Source of the DNA: Octopus sinensis
Taxonomy: Eukaryota
Reading direction: 5' to 3'
Length of the DNA stretch: 64,000 bases
Assembly: GCF_006345805.1 (NCBI RefSeq)
Contig: NC_043000.1
Span: 92,194,001-92,258,000 of the forward strand
The number at the start of each line of letters is the position of its first letter. Positions within the stretch are counted from its first letter, which is position 1. The notes beneath the pieces are model-generated. The model worked only from the letters and a program-made list of their open reading frames with translations, ran no database searches and was not told the DNA's origin. Positions 54,057 through 64,000 of this stretch are shown here, in pieces. The translations under genes and the position numbers were made by a program.

Positions 54057-55625
54057 TGGGAGCTCCTCTATGCTGATGACCTTGCTCTAATTTGCTGGGG
54101 TCGCTATCAGAACTGGGGAGAAGTTTCCTGTGTGGAAACAAGGATTAGAATCGAAGGGCCTCAGAGTCAATTCTAGCTAAAACAAAGTCTAATCAGTAGG
54201 AAGGTACAAATCACAAACCCTTCAGGTAGATTGGCCCTGCTCGATCTGTAGAAAAGGGGTAGGTAGAAACTCTATAAGATGCACAAGTGTAAGCTATGGA
54301 CACATAAGAGATGCAGCAATGTCAAAGGAAGGCTAACTAGGGAAGATGGTTTTTGTATGTGGCAGATGCTCAGGAACATAAACACTGAAAATTCCTGAGA
54401 ACCAACTTCCGTCACTTTCCAGGGAGAAAAACTAGAAATAGTTGATAGTTTTGCGTTACCTAGGTGACCAAGTCAGCAGCGGGGGTGGGTGTGCTGAAAG
54501 TGTAACTGCAGAGTAGATAGCTTGGGCAAAGTTCAGAGATCTCTTACCTCTGCTGGTGACAAAAGGCCTTCGCACAGAGTGAAAGGCAGACTGTATGTAT
54601 GCGTGTGTACGAACAGCCATGCACATGGCAGTGAAACATGGGCGTGACTGCTGAGGATATGCGTCAGCTCGCTAGAAATGAAGCCAGTATGCTCCGATGG
54701 ATGTGTATGCCGGTACTCACACTCGGCAGAGTTGTAGTACCCCTTGAGAGAAAGCTGGACCTAAGAAGCATCAGTTGTGGTGTGCAAGAGAGACGTTTGC
54801 GCTGGTATGGTCAATGTGGCGAGAATGGATGAAGATAGTTGTGGTGAAAAAGTGCCACACCTAGCGGTTGAGGGAACCCTGTGGAAGAGGCAGACCCAGG
54901 AAACCTGGACGAGGTGGTGAAGCACGACCTTCGAACTTTAAGGTCTCACTGAGGAAATGACTAGCGACCGAGACCTCTGGAAGTGTGCTGTGCCCCAGAA
55001 GACCCCGGCAGGACAAGTGAGTCCACAACCCTGGGCCTTCTACATGGGATGGAGCCAGCCTACGTTCATACCTTCCCTTCTTGGACACGAAACTCTACTT
55101 GTGAAGACGTGTTGAGGCAAGTGAGGATCAGAATCGAAATCGATCAATGGAAATTGCGGATGTGGCTACCAGTGCCGGTGGCATGTCGAAACTCTGCTTG
55201 TGAAGACCCATTGAGGCAAGTGAGGATCAGAATCGAAATCGATCAATGGAAATCGATCAATGGAAATTGCAGATGTGTTCCCATGCCGGTGGCCATGTAC
55301 GAGAAACTTTCCGTTTCGCGACCGTTGCCAGCACCGCCCCGTTTTCGTGTCCGTTGCAGCCTCGCCTGCCCCTCGTGCCGTTGGCACATAAAAAGCACAC
55401 ATCCTTCGTGGCCGTTTGCAGCTCTTGCTGGCACCAGTGCGGGTGGCATCTTAAAAACACCCACTACACTCACGGAGTGGTTTGGCGTTAGGAAGGGATC
55501 CAGCCATAGAAACCCTGCCATATTTGACTGGGCCTGATGAAGCCTTCTGCTTCACAGACCCCATTATAACCGCCAACCCATGCTAGCATGGCATAAACGG
55601 ACGCTAATTATGATGATGATGATGA
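54057..55625 (+). mobile_element. 5'-truncated RTE-clade LINE (RT C-terminal half plus 3' UTR)
   Basis: [43 protein letters not shown] and RGRPRK motifs across many indels; UTR ends in (GAT)n. Confidence 0.92.
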
Positions 55626-55895
55626 TATACATGTAATATATATACATATACATATATATACAATTATATATATACATATATAATATGTATATATATGATA
55701 TATAATATAACCATACATATATATATATTTATACATATGTGTATATATATATATATTATATATATATACATATACATATATATATATATTTATACATATG
55801 TGTATATATATATATAATATATCTATATATATATATGTATATATATATATATGTATATATTAATATAATATATATATATGTATATATATATATGT

Positions 55896-55931
<36 letters not shown>

Positions 55932-57759
55932 CATATATATACATTGTTAATTGTCCTGAAGCCTCTCTCTTTCTCTCTGTTCCCTCTTCTTTGCTTTTCT
56001 TTCTCTTTTCCCCTTTTTCCAGAAAAACAGAAGCAATATTCTCCTCTTCTAAACAAAGCAAAAAATCATCTGATTCATATAAATAAACAATGAAATGTTC
56101 TGTCTTTACCATTTTGATTTTGATTTTGTCTGAATGAGTTTGAAAAATGCACGAAAGTGCTAATAAAGAATTATGCATCTAAAATTCTGACTGCCTCCTT
56201 TTTCTCAATTTATATACTTATATATGTATCTATGAATCTATCTCTACATCCTACCAAGCTCACAATCTTCTGCTCTTAGCATTTCTGTCTGTTGTCATTA
56301 TCATAACACCCTCTCCATTTCCCCATTCTCATCACTCCTCATCTGCTTGATTCTCTTACCTTTCATAGTTTATGTATAAGTGACTGTGTGGGATCACTCT
56401 GATCCCTCTTCTCAATATACTATAAAGTCATTCTTATGTACTATTAAACAGCTGCTATTGTCGCATCTCTCTAAATGGCTACCTAAAGGTATCGCTCAGA
56501 CGTGAAGTTCTCAAAATCTGTTGCAGGTATATTCACATACATTTTGATGATGAAATTCCAGTCTGGCCAATATATGTTTATTGTCAGTTCATTTACTTTA
56601 TGTAGTGTGGTAGATTTCTGCTTTTAACACTCTTTCCTTTTATGATCACTTCTGTTGCCACTCATCACCCACCTAACCTTTTATCTCATCACACTTTCTT
56701 ATCCTTGATCCCCTCGGTTATTGTCAATCACACATCTCCTCACTACTCCTCAAAGAACCCTGCTTCTTACATCATATTCCCTCTTCTCTCACTCACTCAT
56801 TCTGGTTCATCTGATGTGATTGTGCTTTCCCTCCCAATCCCCATTTTGATTATATGAACAAATGTACGTGCTACTCTTACACTCATCTCTCTTTCACCCA
56901 TTTCAGGCCATGTTGCTGTCAAGATACTCTCTCATTTAACCTCCTACATCTTGGTCCACTTTTTGGATTACTTAGTACTCTCTGCATCTCCTGATCCAAA
57001 GCAACTTTCCTCCTTTTTTCTGTACTGGTGTGGAAACAGAAAACCATCAAACTGAACCACGTTTAAAGGGACAAATGAGCATGAGTATGACAACGTCTTT
57101 ATAGTGATGGTTCCATGGAAAACCACATCCTGTACACACTTGAAGTGGTTGACAAATGTGGAAAGAAAGTATAGGACAGTGAGGTATCTTGCCTTATGAA
57201 GGACCATTCAATCTGTCTAATGTAGATTCCATGAGAAAATGTAGCCAGTACATGTGTGAAGTGGTTGGTGATAGGAAGGGCATCCAGCGATATAAAATAG
57301 GCCAGAGGACATATACTAGCGCCGGTATATGGGAACAGTGGCTCTCAATAACTAATGGGTTTGATCATGATGGCCCATCCAACCCAAACCAATATGGAAA
57401 GTGTAGATAAATAGAATAATGATGCTGCTGCTTATGATGGTGTTGATGATGACGATGATGATGATGATTATGATATATATATATTATCATATCTTTTACC
57501 ATTTTTACTCTTTACTTTTTCTTCTCTTTTTTTGTTTTTCGCCTCCATATTTTATGCATATTCTTCCTTCTTAACATATGAAACTTTTTGTTGCACATAA
57601 AAACATGTATTGTGTCTATTAAGTAATATTTATCTCTCACCAGATGGACAACATTTTTTGTTGATCTTACATTATACCATCACAGAACAGTGCATTATAT
57701 ATTTATATATATATACACACACGTGTGTGTTTGTGCATGCATGTAGATATTTGTGTATG

Positions 57760-58124
57760 TGTGTGGTAAGAAACTTCCCAAGCTCATGGTTCTGGCTTTA
57801 GTCCCACTGTGAAGCACCTTGAGCAAGTATCTTCTACTGTATTCTCAGGCTGACCAAAGCCTTGTGAGTGGATTTGGTTAGATGGAAACTGAAAGAAACC
57901 TGTCATATATATTTGCATATATGTATGTGAGTGTGTCTTTGGTTTGTCCACCTATCACTGCATGCCAACGAGTGCTGGTGTCTTTATCGGCTCATCGCCT
58001 AGCAGTTTAGAAAAATAGATTAAAGTGCTACGATAAAAAAATAAGTCCTGGTGTTGATTTGTTTGACTAAAAGCCTTGAAAGTGGTGCTCTAGCATGGCC
58101 ACAGTCAAATGCCTGAAACAAATA
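57760..58124 (+). mobile_element. SINE family C, older diverged copy
   Basis: Same layout as the adjacent copy, with more substitutions. Confidence 0.8.
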
Positions 58125-58137
58125 ATATTTATATATA

Positions 58138-58563
58138 GCGCAGGAGTGGCTGTGTGGTAAGTAGCTTGCTTACCAACCACATGGTTCCGGGTTCAGTCCC
58201 ACTGCGTGGCATCTTAGGCAAGTGTCTTCTACTATAGCCTCGGGCCAACCAATGCCTTGTGAGTGGATTTGGTAGACGGAAACTGAAAGAAGCCTGTCGT
58301 ATATATGTATATATATATATATATATATATGAATGTGTGTGTATGTTTGTGTGTCTGTGTTTGTCCCCATAGCATTGCTTGACAACCGATGCTGGTGTGT
58401 TTGCATCCCCGTAACTTAGTGGTTCGGTAAAAGAGACCGATAGAATAAGTACTGGGCTTACAAAGAATAAGTCCCGGGGTTGAGTTGCTCGATTAAAGGC
58501 GGTGCTCCAGCATGGCCCCAGTCAAATGACTGAAACAAGTAAAAGAGTAAAAGAGTAAAGAGT
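58138..58563 (+). mobile_element. SINE family C, full-length copy
   Basis: tRNA-like head (TGGCTGTGTGG, GGTTCAGTCCC), CORE-like CTTAGGCAAGT, internal microsatellite, (AAAAGAGT)n tail. Confidence 0.9.
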
Positions 58564-58564
58564 A

Positions 58565-58601
<37 letters not shown>

Positions 58602-58780
58602 TATATGTATATATATATATGTATGTATATACAATAAAGGGGTAAATAATTTTTCGTGGTTTTTCGTACATATGTATATATATATGAATATATATATGTA
58701 TATATATATATTTATGTATTTATATATAAATATATTATATACATATATATATATATACATGATATATACATATATATATT

Positions 58781-58816
<36 letters not shown>

Positions 58817-58981
58817 TATACATATATGTACATATGTATATATGTTTATATATATATATACACATATACATATTAATGTTACTGGTGATCCCTCTTGGAG
58901 TCTACAGAGTGGTATTGTATACAAATAAAATGTTTATAACTCTCTATACATCTATAGATATATTGTGTAGTATGGTGCATT

Positions 58982-59012
<31 letters not shown>

Positions 59013-60289
59013 GTGTTTATGTATATACTTTCAGTCTTAAATCTGTAGAAACTACTCTTTCTCTATCCCAATGACACTCACACACATAAGCATGCATACA
59101 CACACATACACATCCACAAACACAGACATGCATACACATACACTCACAAAATTATGACATCTTTCCATTAATATTAATTAAAAAGTCTTGTCAGAATAGC
59201 TTCTCTTTGTAAATTTCATTTCATTGTTTACAAAGGTTATTTCAAAACCATTTTTCATTTTCTCTAAATACATGCAATTCTTTTCCAGTTAAGCATTCCA
59301 AGAGATTACCAAAATTCCATAACTCATAAAAAATAAAGCCTGAATTAACCATTATTTTCTCTTATTTTTTGAGAATGTTGTCAGAACTATGAATTTAAAG
59401 TAAAGATTTTCTTTAAAAAAGACCAGTAAAAATATGACTACCATATGTATCATATGTCTGCTGTTATTCAAGTTTTTTTTCTTTTCAATATTAAAAAAAT
59501 TATTTTGTGTTGCCTTGATTGTGGGTTATAATTTATAAAAATATTTATTTTTAGAATTGGTAAATGGCCAATATTTTTTGTGGAGTGTATGTATGTAGAT
59601 TGAGTCCACTCAGTGTATAACTGGTATCCATTAATCTTTCAAGAATGGGACATGCATGATGTTACTGAAACTCCAAGAAGTAAAATTTCCTTTATGTCAC
59701 ATCCTTTTATTTGTTTCAGTCATTAGACTGTGGCCATGCTGGGGCATCAAAAAAAAAAGAAAGAAAGAATGGGATGGCTATGACTGGAATGTCTTTGACC
59801 ATTAGGACTTAACAAAATGTAAAACAACAACTCATTTCTTTCTTTCAGATGGTAGGAATTGACTTTGCTTTTTTGTCACCACACTTCTGTTGAAATACTG
59901 CTTTTGTGTATATTAATTATTGAAAATAATGAAGAATTTAGTAAAATAACTTTGTCGTTATTAAGCTGGTGCTTGAAACATAAACTGACATAGAATTTTG
60001 ATAAGTTGCAATTTAGATCACTTTAAATGAGGTTTGTGTCATAGAACCAGAGGCAGTCTTAGGTGGGTTTTGTATTTAAAGGGTTAAGAGAAATTTGGCT
60101 ACTGTTTCTAGCAAGTACATTGACCACACAAATGACACTTTTTTTTATTTATCATTCAGGTATCATCATCGTCGTCGTCATCATCATCATTATCATCATT
60201 TTAAAGCCTTCTTTTCCATAATATCTGATAGGAAAAAAAATATGAAAGCCTCTGGTTATAAATTTACTGGCTTAGATTTTACCTGGCAT

Positions 60290-60600
60290 TAAAAACATGG
60301 AATAACTGCAATGAAACCTCACAGCTTATTTTGCTGGGTATGATGGAAAGTGTCAGCGGTCCATAGCCAGCAGACTAAGGTGACACTTGTTTACAAGTCA
60401 TGCTTCATGAACCCAGCGAAGAATTCTTGCAGTTCCAAGCAATGCTAATTTTTGTAGGTGTCCTACTTCACACTGGCACCAGTCTTTTCCAGTCATGTTG
60501 GTAGTTAAGTGCTGATACTTCCAAGTGCACCAGTTACTATTGGTATCATCTCAACTCTTCTCATTGACCACAACCTTTGTATTTCCACTTCAAATCATCA
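60290..60600 (-). mobile_element. R4/Dong-type LINE 3' remnant
   Basis: EIQRLWSMRRVEMIPIVTGALG...LQKLALLGTARILR. Confidence 0.8.
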
Positions 60601-61478
60601 CAGTTAATTATTTTTCTTCTTCTTTCAGCATGAAAAAACCTCAAAAGGGAAAAATTTATAATCATTCCTTTTGAAAATATTCATTTATATTAAGGGCATT
60701 ACTAATTGATAAATTCTTATAAAGATTTTATTCTATTTTAAAATTTTAACTTTAACTGGAATATATTCAGTGCTGAATTATTCTGAATAAATACGTGTAC
60801 CGAGATGCAATTTTAAAAGCACGTCTCTTACATAGAATGAACAATTCTATATACTATGCTGGATACATTTGGTGGTGATCTGGTATGTTGATCTTTTGCT
60901 CATTTTTATGTCTTGATTATGCCTTCACTGACAATTAGAAAGTGCATTTTGTGCACTAACTATGAAATCATATGATTTGCAGCTGAATCTGTTTTTAGGA
61001 GCTCGCTTCAAGAGTTGCATTTCCTTGTGTTCGGTACACTGTATTTATTATGATAGTTTTGACTTTAAGAGTCCCTCATATTGTGAGGTATTAACGTGTA
61101 GCAATACCCTCAATACGAATATATTTAAAGGGAATAATGATAAATGTTTCCCTTATGAGGTTTTTTCACACTGACTACTTGATAAATTCTTATAAATATT
61201 TTATCCTATTTTAAAATTTTATATATATATATGTATATGGTTAAAAAAAATGATGATCCCAAAATAGTACAATATATACATATATATATAGTTATATATA
61301 AATAAGAAAATGGAGAGGAAAATATATAGTGGATACTTATTTTCTTATGTAAATATAACTATAAATTAGACTGTTTATCTCTATATATTGTGAAAATTCT
61401 CTCAATATATCATTGATAACACCAGTTGATCTCAGGATTTTATAATTCCTAAAGAGAAAATTACATCCTCAAATTGAC

Positions 61479-61512
<34 letters not shown>

Positions 61513-61646
61513 ATATATATAATATATATATATATACACACTCAATATACCTATGTTTCAGAACAAATTCTTAGATGAGGTAGAATGGTAATAAGAAAAG
61601 AAGTGAGATGACAAAAGAATAGACACTTATCATATGAACTTAATTA

Positions 61647-61725
61647 TCTTACAGTTGTTTCTGCTCTATAATGCAGTGGTGTCAGAGTTAAATGCCTGAG
61701 TAACACCTTATATCTTCATCAGAGT
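61647..61725 (-). ncRNA. Degenerate hammerhead motif with extended stem II
   Basis: ct-CTGATGA-ag...GGTGTTA/TGACACC...GAAAC-AACT-GTA-ag; stem I is only 2 bp and the stem II base is imperfect. Confidence 0.4.
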
Positions 61726-61794
61726 TTCAGATATGGCTAGATAGATAGATACATACACACATGTAAAAGAATAAAGCTCCATCCTCAGTCACAT

Positions 61795-62020
61795 AGACTC
61801 ATGTGGCTGTTTTCCCTGTTTTGTGAGATGTATATTCCCCACCGGGACAGGATGCCAGTCTGTTGCAGAATTCCTTATTTTTGACAGGTGAGTGGACTGG
61901 AGTGATGTGAAATGAAGTGTTTTGCTCAAGAACACAAAGCATCACCTGGTCCAGGAATCTGATCCACAATCTTAGGATCATGAGTCTGACACCCTATCCA
62001 CAAAGCCATCGGCCTCCATT
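61795..62020 (-). mobile_element. tRNA-derived SINE with a degenerate V-like domain
   Basis: GGAGGCCGATGGCTTTGTGGATAGGG...TCTTGAGCAAAACAC...GACTGGCATCCTGTCC. Confidence 0.7.
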
Positions 62021-62089
62021 TATTAACACACACATAAATGTTTATACATATGTATATTTATGTATATATGCATGCGCATACACACACAC

Positions 62090-62131
<42 letters not shown>

Positions 62132-62278
62132 TTACACATATATATATATATATATATACTTACATATATATATATATAATATATATATATATATGTGTAC
62201 ATACTTATATATATATATATTAGAAATATTGAATTTCTAAATGTCTCAAAGAGACATGAGCGGTGGTGGAGCGATAGA

Positions 62279-62399
62279 GTGGTTATATACTGTCAACATA
62301 ACATGACAGTCCCGTAAGGGAATTACACCACTAGGGCTAAACAGCGGTGGTGTAATTCCTTTACGGGACTGTCACGTTATGTTGACAGTATACAACCAC
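62279..62399. repeat. Hairpin with 53-bp arms and a 15-nt loop
   Basis: 62279-62331 versus 62347-62399, 3 mismatches. Confidence 0.9.
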
Positions 62400-62502
62400 A
62401 CTCTCTCACTTTCTCCCTCTCTCTCTCTCTCTCTCCATATATATATATATATATGGCAAAAAAGAATTTCATTTGTATATATTCACAGACGCAAACATAC
62501 AT

Positions 62503-62537
<35 letters not shown>

Positions 62538-62750
62538 AAAAGAATTTCACTGTATACACTCACACACACTTACGTATATACATGTGTGTGTACATATATA
62601 TGTATATATATATATATACTTACACACACACACACACATACACAAAAGATACATTATATTTACTTGAAAATAAACTTATCAATTCTTAAGTACTTGCTTA
62701 ATTTATTTCATCAAGAGATTTCAAAATCCATTTACGAAGGGTGGTGTGAC

Positions 62751-62783
<33 letters not shown>

Positions 62784-63092
62784 GAAAGAAAAAGAGAAGG
62801 GAGTGAAAGTGTTCTGTCTTTAATTGCAATAAAATGAACAAATATAAAAAAAAAAGTAAAATAAATATAGAACTCAGAAAGACTAACCAAAATATGATCC
62901 CAGATGTCTAAGATTGCTTACAAGTAATAATTGGCAGCAAGTACTTAAGTAATAATTCTCGTATTACTGCCGAGATATCTTTAGTGTCATTATAGTATTG
63001 ATATATTCGTTATCATCATCATCATAATCATTATTAGTATTGTTATTGTTTTTGTGGTTGTTTTTGTTGTTACTGTTGTTGTTGTTATTATT

Positions 63093-63305
63093 AAGGTGGC
63101 AAACTGGCAGAATTGTTAGCACACCGGGCAAAATGCTTAGTAGTATTTCAACATTCCTTACATCTTGAGTTCAAATTCCACTGAGGTCACTTCGCCTTTT
63201 GTCCTTATGAGAATCAATGAAATAAGTACTAGTTACATACTGGGGTTGATGTAATTGACTATCGCCCTCTCCCAAATTTCAGACCTTGTGCCTGTAGCAG
63301 AAAGG
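63093..63305 (+). mobile_element. SINE family B followed by a long (ATT)n tail
   Basis: GGTGGCAAACTGGCAGAA...GAGTTCAAATTCC...CTTGTGCCTGTAGCAGAAAGG. Confidence 0.85.
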
Positions 63306-63347
<42 letters not shown>

Positions 63348-63438
63348 GTTATTGTTATTACTATTATTATTATTGTTATTGTTATTACTATTATTATTAT
63401 TGTTATTGTTATTATTATTATTATTATTATTATTGTTG

Positions 63439-63478
<40 letters not shown>

Positions 63479-63499
63479 CATTATTATTATTATTATTAT

Positions 63500-63936
63500 T
63501 ACTTTTTTTTTCTTCTTTCAAATTTGCTTCCATTTCTTGCTGAGTGTCTTCCCGACTCCTAGGGCAAAGAAACTCATAGTATACATTGGTAGGCCATTAA
63601 ACCAAACTCAATAATTCGTTCATTTTTTTTTTTATTTTTTTTTTTAAGTTAAATTAAAATACATGAGCAGCAACAGTTCTCACATCGACAATGCTCTTCT
63701 CAATACGTGTGATGTACCAGTTAAGACAATCTTTTGCACTTCTTGCAGGGATGGTAAGCCAGGGATCATTCTCATATAATTTTCGGTTCCCTTCTTGATC
63801 ATTCCTAGTGCTCCTACGATCACTGGTATTGTAACCGCCTTGAGATGCCACATTTTCTCAATTTCAATGAGTAGGTCTTTATATTTTCTGAGCTTGTCAA
63901 ACTCTTTCGCTGAGATATTATGATCACAGGGGATGC

Positions 63937-63940
<4 letters not shown>
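63500..63940 (-). mobile_element. R4/Dong-type LINE 3' end inserted in (TAA)n
   Basis: Open frame IPCDHNI..KLRKYKDLLIEIEKMW..IPVIVGALG..QKIVLTGTSHVLRRALSM*, then a UTR; (AAT)n on both sides. Confidence 0.88.
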
Positions 63941-63967
<27 letters not shown>

Positions 63968-64000
63968 CATTATTATTATTATTATCATTATTATTATTAT

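Noticed and set aside
55085-55270. Ribozyme in the ~100-bp tandem duplication of the RTE UTR
   Set aside because: GAAATCGATC is present but there is no CUGANGA core, and no twister or HDV fold is recognisable.

Overview
AT-rich eukaryotic DNA dominated by microsatellites (TA, TG, GA, ATT, GAT, CAC) and transposon debris. The repeat families look like those of an octopus (cephalopod) genome; this is inferred from pattern recall, not from a search. I find no convincing intact host gene, and almost all ORF-track entries are microsatellite artefacts. Mobile elements recognised: at least three tRNA-derived SINE families; RTE, CR1-group and R4/Dong-type LINE fragments; Penelope-like (PLE) remnants with GIY-YIG motifs; Helitrons; and Tc1, mariner, maT (DD37D), pogo-like and piggyBac-like DNA elements. 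Three things stand out: (1) a 2.3-kb element whose ~240-bp inverted ends each carry a type I hammerhead ribozyme motif, plus several decayed hammerheads elsewhere; (2) a decayed, partly inverted coding-like island at ~14.0-16.6 kb whose motif order resembles a bunyavirus L polymerase (candidate endogenous viral element, low confidence); (3) an RTE reverse transcriptase with a PHD-type finger inserted within it. All alignments and coordinates were done by eye.
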